64,000 nt of DNA, taken from Candidatus Bipolaricaulota bacterium (lineage in GTDB: Bacteria > Bipolaricaulota > Bipolaricaulia > RBG-16-55-9). Below are positions 9,564 through 17,261 of the stretch, one piece after another. Numbering within the stretch: position 1 is the stretch's first letter; every line of letters starts with the position of its first letter. The DNA lies in contig JALSGO010000083.1 of assembly GCA_026982655.1 (NCBI GenBank), positions 30-64,029 on the forward strand, in the 5' to 3' direction. The notes under the pieces were generated by a model. That model did not search any database. It was given only the letters and a program-made list of their open reading frames with translations, and had not been told where the DNA came from. A program made the position numbers and the translations under genes.

Positions 9564-10510
9564 CAAGGACTTCCCCCTTTCCTCCGCTCCGGTAAAGGAA
9601 GCGTCTTCCTCAAGAACGTCACGACGAGCTGGGTGGCGGGATCCTCCCTCCGGCCCAGGAACGCTACGATCGACCCGTGGTCCCGATCCGGGACCTCGGA
9701 GAGGTCCGCGTCCGCTCCTTGGGCGAGGAGGGCGCGATAGAAGACCTGCGCTTGGTGGCCCAACGTGGGGATATCGTACTGAGCGTACAAGATGAGAAAG
9801 GGAAACGGGGGAGGGTCGCCCTCCCGAGCGTACGTGAGGGGGGAAGCGTCTCGCCGGCGTTCGGGGTCGTTCCCGAAGACCTCGGCAAACCCGGGGACGG
9901 CGTTGAGGTCGTAGACGCCGCTGATGGGGATCACGCCGTCGAGGATCCGGGGGGAGAGCCCCTGCTCGCGGAGGTAGCGGTCGTCGAGGGCCAGCAGCGC
10001 GACGAGATGCCCCCCGGCCGAGTGGCCCATGAGGACGATCCGTTCGGGGTCTCCGCCGTAGTCGGCGATGCGGTTGTAGGTCCAGGCCACGGCGCGGGCG
10101 ACGTCCCGGACGTGCACCGGGTGCTGCACCTCGGGGCTCAGGCGGTAGTTGGGGATCACGGTCACGTACCCCTGGGAGGCGAAGGCATTCCCCAGGTAGC
10201 CATAGGTGCCCTTGTCGCCGCTCGTCCACCCCCCGCCGTGGACGAAGAGGAGCACCGGGGCCGCCTCCGCCCCCCGGAGGCGGTAGAGGTCCAGCGCGTT
10301 GCGCCGGGGATCCGCTCCGAACCCCTCGAAGTAGGGAAGGTCTTGGAGGACCTCTACCGCCGTCTCGGGCGAAAGGGGCTGTGCGTAAGGGATCAGCCCT
10401 CCCAGCAAGAGCAGAACCCAAGCTGCTCCTAGGTCCTGAAGCGTTCGGTGCCCACGCCGATCCCGATCCCGAGAGCGGTGCCGTCTCGGTCGTGCTGGGC
10501 GATCGATCAT
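9563..10510 (-). CDS. alpha/beta hydrolase, HGGG-type esterase (paralogue A)
   Basis: FVHGGGW oxyanion motif and GHSAGGH nucleophile elbow. Start set at MIDRPARP (ATG 10510), with GAGGAGG 6 nt upstream. Confidence 0.85.
   Translation of the reverse strand: MIDRPARPRRHRSRDRDRRGHRTLQDLGAAWVLLLLGGLIPYAQPLSPETAVEVLQDLPYFEGFGADPRRNALDLYRLRGAEAAPVLLFVHGGGWTSGDKGTYGYLGNAFASQGYVTVIPNYRLSPEVQHPVHVRDVARAVAWTYNRIADYGGDPERIVLMGHSAGGHLVALLALDDRYLREQGLSPRILDGVIPISGVYDLNAVPGFAEVFGNDPERRRDASPLTYAREGDPPPFPFLILYAQYDIPTLGHQAQVFYRALLAQGADADLSEVPDRDHGSIVAFLGRREDPATQLVVTFLRKTLPLPERRKGGSP
9908..10274. repeat. 367-bp inverted repeat, copy A (inside esterase paralogue A)
   Basis: The reverse complement matches 20585..20951, with only a 4-nt mismatch patch (10186..10189). 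Translations of all three frames are identical across the tract. Confidence 0.9.
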
Positions 10511-10529
10511 GAGGGACCTCCTCGGGAGG

Positions 10530-11945
10530 TCAAAACTCCTCCCATACAAGGTCGGTCACCACAGGGAGGCCGTTCTCCAAGCGCTTGACCTCCGCGCGCT
10601 GGATGCGAACGCGAACCTCACCCGTCTGCGAGTCCCAGTCCAGAAGCTTGCGGTAGGCGTACGGGAACCCCCGGAAGAGCCGAACCACGAAGGCGATCTT
10701 CTCGCGCAAGACCGTCTTGCCCGTGAGCGATTCGATGCGCTGCGCTCGGCTCACCATCGCGGGGGTGTCTCGGGTGTACGCTTCGAAGGTCGAGGCGAAA
10801 TCTTCGAAGCGATTGACCATGGCGTAGTGGAGGATCCCTGCCCGGCGGGCTCCGGCATCGGCGTCTTGGATGGGATAGCGATCGGAGTCCTCGCCTGAGC
10901 GCCGATGGAGCTGTATCCAGCGCTGCTGCTCCGAGGGGGTGAAGAGGCGATCCTGGAGGACGTGGCCGATCTCGTGATAGGTGGTCTCGGCAAAGGCCTT
11001 GAGGTGCCGGAGGTTGGCGAAGAGCCGTACGGTGCCCACCCCTGTGTACATGCCGGCGATCTCTTCGCTCTCCGGCATGCGGATGAACTGTGCGATCGGG
11101 TTGCGTAAGGGGTCCGGCAGGCTGCGGAGGACGGCCAGCAGGATCGCGCAGTAGGGCTCCGTCAGCGGCTCGGCCCCCTCCCGCTCGCCGATGAAGAGGA
11201 GGAACTCCTCAAAGATCCGGGTGCAGCTCTCCTCCGGCTGGGGAGGAGGGGCGGCAAAGAGGTCCACCGTGTCCCCTTCTCGGACGGCAAGCACCGCGAT
11301 GTCGTACGCTTGGCCCGCGCTGCGGTTGTCCCAACCGCGGGAAGTCGACCGTTCGTCCACATAGATCCCCCAGGAGCGGATCCTCTGCAGGGAGGTTTCC
11401 CAGTTGTAGAAGGCGGCATTTCCCGCGAGGTCCACGTCTTGGGAGTTAAGGACGAAGAACCCTCCTTCCCGGTTCCTCTCCGCCGTGTTGTCGCGGAGAC
11501 GCACCCGCTGTGAGTCGACGACCTGGAAGCCCCGATCGCTGCCCGTGACCCGGCAGGCCTCCACGGTGACGTTCGCAACCCGCTCCAGCAGGATCCCTAC
11601 CTCCCGGGCGTTGAGCACCTCACAGCGGCGTAGGATCACATACGCATCCGTGTCGGAGAGGTGAACCCCCACGGAGGCTTCGGAGGCGTCGATGCGCCAA
11701 CCTTCGATCACGTAGGGATCCCTTTCGGTGCCCGATCCCCGCAGCACGCCGTTTCTCCCCGTGAACTCTTCGTTCCCTCGGATGACGATGGGCGCGTGGG
11801 ACCGGAGAGGGCGCTCCTCCCGAGCTTGGGCCCAGACCGAGGAGCCCAAGTCCTCGGCCGGGAGGGCCAGGATTCCCACTAGCAAAGCTCCCCACAGGAA
11901 CGCCCGGATCGTGGCCATCCCTCGGGGCTTCTCCTCCTGCAGCAT
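10530..11945 (-). CDS. exported right-handed beta-helix repeat protein with C-terminal HExxH (putative metallopeptidase) domain
   Basis: Signal peptide MATIRAFLWGALLVGILALPA and PbH1-like repeats (PYVIEGWRID, ILRRCEVLN, VEACRVTGS, LRDNTAERN). The C-terminal region carries TYHEIGHVL. Start at MLQEEK (ATG 11945) has an AAGGAGGAGGAG RBS. Confidence 0.75.
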   Translation of the reverse strand: MLQEEKPRGMATIRAFLWGALLVGILALPAEDLGSSVWAQAREERPLRSHAPIVIRGNEEFTGRNGVLRGSGTERDPYVIEGWRIDASEASVGVHLSDTDAYVILRRCEVLNAREVGILLERVANVTVEACRVTGSDRGFQVVDSQRVRLRDNTAERNREGGFFVLNSQDVDLAGNAAFYNWETSLQRIRSWGIYVDERSTSRGWDNRSAGQAYDIAVLAVREGDTVDLFAAPPPQPEESCTRIFEEFLLFIGEREGAEPLTEPYCAILLAVLRSLPDPLRNPIAQFIRMPESEEIAGMYTGVGTVRLFANLRHLKAFAETTYHEIGHVLQDRLFTPSEQQRWIQLHRRSGEDSDRYPIQDADAGARRAGILHYAMVNRFEDFASTFEAYTRDTPAMVSRAQRIESLTGKTVLREKIAFVVRLFRGFPYAYRKLLDWDSQTGEVRVRIQRAEVKRLENGLPVVTDLVWEEF

Positions 11946-12153
11946 GCGGTGCTCCTCCTCCTTGCTTGCGTCGCCGGAAGTTGAAACAGGGGCGCTGCGG
12001 TAGATTCTGCCCTCCCAAGGGAGCGCACGCAACCCGTACCCTCCCCCCGGGGGGGCCAGGCTGTCGCGGGCGAGGCAGCCGTCCTTGTCTGCTCGACAAA
12101 GGTCGGGTATACCCAATCATCCGGTGGAACGGGCAAGGAAGGGAGGCGTCTCA

Positions 12154-12585
12154 ATGCTGGCTAAAGTGTTTGGGCAACCCGACGACGTAGCGTTGTTTCT
12201 CGGGCGGGTCATCCTCGGGGTGATCTTCTTTGCCCACGGGTATCAGAAGTTCTTCGACATCGGGGTGGAGAACGTCGCGTCCTTCTTCGCATCGATAGGG
12301 ATTCCGGCCCCCCTGTTCTTTGCCTGGGGGGTCTCGTTGGTGGAGCTCCTGGGCGGAGCGGCGCTGGTGGTGGGGGTCTTTACCCGCTGGGCGGCGTTGG
12401 GCGTTGCGATCATCCTGGTGGTGGCTACCCTCACCGTGAAGTTGCCTGTGGGACTCATCGCGCCCCCGGGGAAGGGAGCCGGCTACGAGCTCGACCTGGC
12501 CCTTTTGGGGCTGGCTTTGATCTTCCTCCTCGTCGGGCCCGGGCGCCTCTCTCTGGAGAAGGGCGTGCTCCGGAGGGAGATGTAG
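12154..12585 (+). CDS. DoxX family membrane protein
   Basis: Four TM helices and a GRVILGVIFFAHGYQKF motif. GGGAGG RBS lies before ATG 12154. Confidence 0.8.
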   Translation: MLAKVFGQPDDVALFLGRVILGVIFFAHGYQKFFDIGVENVASFFASIGIPAPLFFAWGVSLVELLGGAALVVGVFTRWAALGVAIILVVATLTVKLPVGLIAPPGKGAGYELDLALLGLALIFLLVGPGRLSLEKGVLRREM

Positions 12586-12599
12586 CCTCCCTCGGGTCC

Positions 12600-12628
12600 T
12601 TGCCGGACGGAAGGGGCTCCGGTATGCT
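12600..12628 (+). promoter_or_regulatory. putative sigma70-type promoter for rpoD (TTGCCG-17-TATGCT)
   Basis: Hexamers at 12600..12605 and 12623..12628 with a 17-nt spacer, in the doxX-rpoD gap. Confidence 0.35.
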
Positions 12629-12795
12629 GAACGGGGTCGGCTCGAGAGGCCCTGCCCGACTCGGCGGTGCGACGGATGCCAGGCTGGGGAGGGGGGAGGA
12701 GGGGAGCCCTTTCAGCAAGACCGACGTCGATACGGGACCGGGGGAGGATCGGATCGAAGGGGTGGGAGAAGGGGTGGGATAGGAGAGGCAGGATC

Positions 12796-13866
12796 ATGCG
12801 GGAACGGAGATCGGAAGAGATCGAGGAGAGCCGGAGCGAGAGGGAAGCGGCAGCAGAAGCCGGAGCAGGCGCGGAGGAGGCTTTTGTCTCCTCGGGGTCT
12901 GACCTCGCCCCCGACCCCGATCCTGCCCTGGAGGGGAGCTGGGGCCCCTTGGGGGAGTGGGAAGAGGGAGAAGGGGAAGGGGATCGAGCCGAGGAGGGGA
13001 GCGCCCCGCCTGCGGAAGGAGGATCGGGAGGCCGGGAGGATCCGATCCAAACCTACCTCCGGGAGATCGGCCGCATCCCGCTGCTGACGGCGGAGGAGGA
13101 GAAGGAGTTGGCCCGTCGCGCCCGTGCCGGGGACGAGGAAGCCAAGGCGAAGCTCGCCGCGGCCAACCTGCGCCTGGTGGTCTCCATCGCCAAGCGCTAC
13201 ACCGGACTGGGGCTCCCCCTGCTCGATTTGATCCAAGAGGGGAACGTGGGCCTGATGCGGGCCGTAGAGAAGTTTGACCCCGAGCGGGGATACAAGTTCA
13301 GCACCTACGCCACGTGGTGGATTCGTCAGGCCATCACGCGGGCCCTAACGCAGACTGCTCGATCCATCCGCCTCCCGGAGTCCCTCCTGCAGCGGTTGCG
13401 CAAGATCCAGGAAGCCGAGTCGGAGTGGCTCCAGGAGTACGGCGAGCTCCCCACGGACGAGGAGCTGGCGGAAGTGCTGGGGATGCCCGTTGAACAGATC
13501 CAAGAGGCCCGTCAGGCCCCGCAGTACACCCCCTCCCTCGATCAGCCCTTGGACGAAGAGGAGGACGGGGACGAGCTGGAGCAGCTCATCGGCAACGGGA
13601 GCCTCCCCTCCCCGCTGCGCACCGCCTTGAAGGAGCTGCGTCGCGAGGAGCTGCTCAAAGCTTTGGAATCGTTGAGTGAACGGGAGCGCAAGGTCCTCTC
13701 GCTGCGGTACGGTCTGGAGGACGACCAGCCCCGCACCCTCGAGGAGACCGGACGCATCCTGGGGATCAGCCGCGAGCGGGTCCGCCAGATCCAGAACGAA
13801 GCGCTGGAGAAGCTGCGCCAGCCCAAGATCCGCAAACGCTTGGAGAAGTTCCTCGACTTCACGTGA
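12796..13866 (+). CDS. rpoD: primary-like RNA polymerase sigma factor (sigma-70 family, RpoD/SigA)
   Basis: Acidic N-terminus, region 2 ([40 protein letters not shown]), regions 3 and 4 ([18 protein letters not shown]). AGGAGAGG RBS precedes ATG 12796. Confidence 0.92.
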   Translation: MRERRSEEIEESRSEREAAAEAGAGAEEAFVSSGSDLAPDPDPALEGSWGPLGEWEEGEGEGDRAEEGSAPPAEGGSGGREDPIQTYLREIGRIPLLTAEEEKELARRARAGDEEAKAKLAAANLRLVVSIAKRYTGLGLPLLDLIQEGNVGLMRAVEKFDPERGYKFSTYATWWIRQAITRALTQTARSIRLPESLLQRLRKIQEAESEWLQEYGELPTDEELAEVLGMPVEQIQEARQAPQYTPSLDQPLDEEEDGDELEQLIGNGSLPSPLRTALKELRREELLKALESLSERERKVLSLRYGLEDDQPRTLEETGRILGISRERVRQIQNEALEKLRQPKIRKRLEKFLDFT

Positions 13867-13967
13867 GGGGCGACGCTCCGGCCCCAGGCGCGGCGGAAAG
13901 CGAATCCCCTCCCTGGCGCCCTGAGGATGGAGGCCTCGAAATCCCATCCTCTCCTTCCCTGTGTCCG

Positions 13968-13996
13968 TTGCCCCCGGACAGGTGCTCTGCTATACT
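13968..13996 (+). promoter_or_regulatory. putative promoter for ferredoxin gene (TTGCCC-17-TATACT)
   Basis: Hexamers at 13968..13973 and 13991..13996. This would give a leader of about 105 nt. Confidence 0.4.
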
Positions 13997-14107
13997 CCGT
14001 CTAACCGTGTCGTACCGTGACGTGCGTGCTGCACCGAAGGGCGTCGGGCGGAGACCCGGAGTGCAAGACGAAGGAGAAGGAGTAGTAAAGGGAGAAGGAG
14101 GAAGCGT

Positions 14108-14368
14108 ATGGCCTTTGTCATCGCGGAGCCCTGTGTGAACACCAAGTCGGGCGAGTGCCTCCAAGTCTGTCCGGTGGATTGCATCCACCCGCGTCCGGAT
14201 GAGCCCGGATACGACGAGGCCCCCCAGCTGTACATCGACCCACAGACCTGCATCAACTGCGGCGCGTGCGCGTCCGTCTGCCCGGTGGAGGCGATCTTCC
14301 CCGAGGAGGACCTCCCCGAGGAGTGGCGCAAGTACATCGAGATCAACGCGCAGTACTATCAGAAGTGA
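14108..14368 (+). CDS. ferredoxin (7Fe-type, 3Fe-4S + 4Fe-4S)
   Basis: CVNTKSGECLQVCPVDCI and CINCGACASVCPVEAI cluster motifs, with a strong GGAGAAGGAGG RBS. Confidence 0.9.
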   Translation: MAFVIAEPCVNTKSGECLQVCPVDCIHPRPDEPGYDEAPQLYIDPQTCINCGACASVCPVEAIFPEEDLPEEWRKYIEINAQYYQK

Positions 14369-14437
14369 CCCGCACGGAACGGAACGGGTCGTCTCCGCCT
14401 CCTCCAGGCCGTTCGGCGGTCCTGAAGGGCTTTCCTT

Positions 14438-15256
14438 TCAAGGGTCGAGGGCCGGATCCTTGGGAGGGCTCTGCCCCGTTCGGGGGACGAAGAGACGGAT
14501 CAACCCCATCCCGGCCAGGAATCCCCCGATATGGGCGATCCAAGCGACCCCGCCGCCGGCTCCGGATCCGGCCAGGGAAGCGTTCAGGAGCTGGAACAGG
14601 AACCAAAAGCCCAGGAAATACAGAGCCGGAAGCCGGAGGAGGCGCACGAAGTAGAAGAACCACAAGAGGGTGAGGACCCTTCCCCGAGGGTAGAGGACTA
14701 GGTAGGCCCCCAGCACGCCGGAGACGGCTCCCGAGGCACCGATCATCGGCACCGTCGAAGTAGGGTCTGCGGCGATCTGCGCTCCGGCGGCCGCCAATCC
14801 GCTTAGGAGATAGAAGAGAACAAAGCGAACCTTCCCCATCGCGTCTTCCACGTTGTCTGCAAAGACCCAAAGGTACCACATGTTCCCCACCAGATGGAGT
14901 ATGCTTCCGTGAAGAAACATAGAGGTGAATAGAGTCATCCAGAGGGGGAACTCGACGGGCGGGAAGGGCGAACAGCTCCCCAGCACCTCGCAGGGGGAGA
15001 GGCCGTAGGTGTAGAGGAAGAGCATCTCTCGGCTGAGATAAGCACCATGCCCTCCTCCGAGCTCAACCCAAACCCTACGATCGCCCAGGAGAAAGGCCTG
15101 ATAGAGGTAGATGAGGACGTCGATCGCGATGATCGTGACGGTCACCCCGGGGAAGGTGCGGCTGGGCCGGTAATCGCGCAGGGGGAAGAACACCGAGCAT
15201 CGCCTCGCTCTCCGGAAAGTCGGGCCCACTCTACCGCTTGGGGGAAAGCGCTGCAA
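14438..15256 (-). CDS. rhomboid family intramembrane serine protease
   Basis: HGSILHLVGNMWYLW and GASGAVSGVLGAY (catalytic Ser) motifs, with a downstream AHIGGFLAG His motif. The TTG at 15256 is the longest start; a GTG at 15193 with a GAGG RBS is an alternative. Confidence 0.85.
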   Translation of the reverse strand: MQRFPPSGRVGPTFRRARRCSVFFPLRDYRPSRTFPGVTVTIIAIDVLIYLYQAFLLGDRRVWVELGGGHGAYLSREMLFLYTYGLSPCEVLGSCSPFPPVEFPLWMTLFTSMFLHGSILHLVGNMWYLWVFADNVEDAMGKVRFVLFYLLSGLAAAGAQIAADPTSTVPMIGASGAVSGVLGAYLVLYPRGRVLTLLWFFYFVRLLRLPALYFLGFWFLFQLLNASLAGSGAGGGVAWIAHIGGFLAGMGLIRLFVPRTGQSPPKDPALDP

Positions 15257-15267
15257 CTCCGCTCCGT

Positions 15268-15296
15268 TTGAGTTCGCGGAGGCGCGGGCCTACAAT
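15268..15296 (+). promoter_or_regulatory. putative promoter TTGAGT-17-TACAAT for the DUF360-hicBA string
   Basis: Hexamers at 15268..15273 and 15291..15296. ATG 15304 follows the -10 box by 7 nt with no SD, consistent with a leaderless start. Confidence 0.45.
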
Positions 15297-15303
15297 GATA
15301 ACG

Positions 15304-15702
15304 ATGCGCTCCTCAAAGCTTCTTGCGTTCTTCGCGCGCTGGGTGGCCGGGACCCTGGCCATCTACGCCGTGGCTTGGCTTCTGCCGGGCATCGTGGTGG
15401 AGGACTTCGCCGCGGCGATCTGGGCCGGGCTGGCGTTGGGGCTCCTCAACGCTTTCCTACGCCCGCTGTTGATCTTCTTCACCCTCCCGGCCACGATCGT
15501 GACGTTGGGGCTGTTTATCCTGGTGATCAACGCGTTCATCCTCTATTTGGTGGGGGAGCTGGTGGCGGGCGTGGAGATCCGCGGCTTCGGCTCCGCGTTC
15601 CTGGGGGCGCTCCTCATCAGCCTCCTGAGCAGCGTCCTCTACGCCCTCATCGGACCGGAAGAATATCGTGTGCGGGTGGAACTTCGACGGGGACCCCGAT
15701 GA
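15304..15702 (+). CDS. DUF360 / phage-holin-4-2 (YvlD-like) family membrane protein
   Basis: Four TM helices and the NAFLRPLLIFFTLPATIVTLGLF pattern typical of this family. The alternative in-frame ATG at 15295 overlaps the predicted -10 box. Confidence 0.7.
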   Translation: MRSSKLLAFFARWVAGTLAIYAVAWLLPGIVVEDFAAAIWAGLALGLLNAFLRPLLIFFTLPATIVTLGLFILVINAFILYLVGELVAGVEIRGFGSAFLGALLISLLSSVLYALIGPEEYRVRVELRRGPR

Positions 15703-15977
15703 AGAGGAAGACGAGGGTGAAGGTCTTCTCCCTTCGGCGCTATGTCGAGGAAGCGCTGAAAAGGGCTTGCTACGAGGTCGACGAGAACGGCGTGGTGATC
15801 GCCAAGGTGCCGGATGCGTCCGGGTTCTTCGCCCAAGGGGAGACGTTCGAGGAGGCCCGGGAGAACCTGCGCGACGTCATTGAGGGAAACGTCATACTGG
15901 CCTTGCAGTTGGGGCTGGAGATCCCCCAGGTCTCCGGCGTCAAGATCGAAGAGCGCGAGGTTCCTATCGAGTCGTGA
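15699..15977 (+). CDS. hicB: HicB-family antitoxin (short, UPF0150-type, no obvious DNA-binding tail)
   Basis: 92 aa with a GFFAQGETFEEARENLRDVIE pattern. Its ATG overlaps the stop of the DUF360 gene (ATGA). Sits directly upstream of hicA. Confidence 0.75.
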   Translation: MKRKTRVKVFSLRRYVEEALKRACYEVDENGVVIAKVPDASGFFAQGETFEEARENLRDVIEGNVILALQLGLEIPQVSGVKIEEREVPIES

Positions 15978-15984
15978 GGGGCGG

Positions 15985-16209
15985 ATGGCCAAGCTCACCC
16001 CTCTCAAGCCCCGGCAGGTGATTCAAAAGCTGAGGAAGCTCGGCTACGTCGGTCCCTTCCCCGGCGGACGCCATCGCAGAATGGTACACCCGGAGTCGGG
16101 CAAGATCATTCCCATCCCCATGCACAGGGGGAAGGATGTGAGCGTAGGCCTCATCCGCGAGATCCTCCGCGAACTCGGCATCTCGCGTGAGGAGTGGCTG
16201 GACCTATAG
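15985..16209 (+). CDS. hicA: HicA-family mRNA interferase toxin
   Basis: 74 aa with LKPRQVIQKLRKLGY...GGRHRRM...IPIPMHRGKDV, matching the YcfA/HicA pattern including the conserved His. Confidence 0.8.
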   Translation: MAKLTPLKPRQVIQKLRKLGYVGPFPGGRHRRMVHPESGKIIPIPMHRGKDVSVGLIREILRELGISREEWLDL

Positions 16210-16273
16210 CTTCTCCTTCCCTGCTTGCAAGGCGGCTGGCGGACCGGAAGGTCGCAGGCAGGAGGAACTGGAC

Positions 16274-17230
16274 CTATAGCTCCAGCTCCTTCCCCACCCC
16301 CTGCTCCCGGGCCTTCCGGAAGAGGTGTGCCCCTACGGCGACGTCCTCCAGCGCGATCCCCTGGGACTCGAAGAGGGTGATCTCCTCGGCCTGAAGCCTT
16401 CCGGGGACGATCCCCGCCACCACGTCCTTGAGCTCACGGACCTGCTCCCAGCGCAGCACCCCCCGTTCGACCGCGGGGAGGAGGTCCCCGCACTCGACCC
16501 GGGCCTGCTCGAGGTCGTCCACCACCACGCGATTCGCCCGGCGGACGGCCTCGGTGTCCAGCTCGCGCCGGAGCCAGTGGTTCGAGCCCGCCGCCAGCAC
16601 GCACGTCCCCGGGGCGAGCCACTCCCCCCGGAGGACGGGCTCACGGGCCGAGGTGATCGTGATCACGATGTCCGCGCCCTCCACGGCCTCCCGCGCGTCG
16701 TCCACGGGTCGGATCTCCACACCCAGATGTTGGCCCATGCGCTCGGCGAAGGCCCGGCGGCGCTCGGGGGTGCGGCTGTAGACCCGGACGCGCTCGACGG
16801 GGCGGACCCGGCAGACGGCCTCCAACTGGGTCTCCGCTTGGTAGCCCGCGCCCAGAAGGCCCACGACCCAGGAGTCCTCTCGGGCCAAGTATTTGGCGGC
16901 CACCCCGGAGGCCGCGCCCGTGCGCACCTGCCCCAGGCGGTCGGCCTCCATCAAGGCCAAGACCTCCCCGGTCTCCGCGCCGAAGAGCACCACGAGGAAG
17001 CGGGCCCGGTGGCCCGCGACGGTGGAGTAGGACTTAAAGCCCATCACGCGCTCGTCGAGGGCCGCCGCGGGCATCAGGTGCAGAAAGCCGTGGGGCACCC
17101 GCACGCGCATCCGGGGACGGTTCACCGCCCTCCCCTCCCCCCAGCTGCGAAACGCCTCCTCCACGGCTCGGAGGGCGTCGTCCAGGGTGAGCAGCCTCTC
17201 CACATCGGATTCTCGAAGGAAAAGGGCCAT
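16274..17230 (-). CDS. ornithine cyclodeaminase / mu-crystallin family protein
   Basis: Full-length OCD_Mu_crystall pattern: RTGAASGVAAKYLA and the Rossmann motif GLLGAGYQA. Confidence 0.88.
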   Translation of the reverse strand: MALFLRESDVERLLTLDDALRAVEEAFRSWGEGRAVNRPRMRVRVPHGFLHLMPAAALDERVMGFKSYSTVAGHRARFLVVLFGAETGEVLALMEADRLGQVRTGAASGVAAKYLAREDSWVVGLLGAGYQAETQLEAVCRVRPVERVRVYSRTPERRRAFAERMGQHLGVEIRPVDDAREAVEGADIVITITSAREPVLRGEWLAPGTCVLAAGSNHWLRRELDTEAVRRANRVVVDDLEQARVECGDLLPAVERGVLRWEQVRELKDVVAGIVPGRLQAEEITLFESQGIALEDVAVGAHLFRKAREQGVGKELEL

Positions 17231-17261
17231 GCGAGTCCTCCTTTCTCATCCCAAGCCTTAC

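Noticed and set aside
12759-12779. Two direct copies of GGGGTGGGA (the CsoR-type half-site) in the rpoD leader.
   Set aside because: The copies are direct, not inverted, and no CCCACCCC partner lies at N4 spacing. The stretch is purine-rich and leads into the RBS, so chance is the more likely explanation than an operator.
13867-14107. The 240-nt gap between rpoD and the ferredoxin gene, considered as a possible small RNA or riboswitch.
   Set aside because: Only a plausible promoter (TTGCCC-17-TATACT) and a purine-rich RBS region are evident. I could not identify a conserved-looking structure or a known riboswitch core by eye.
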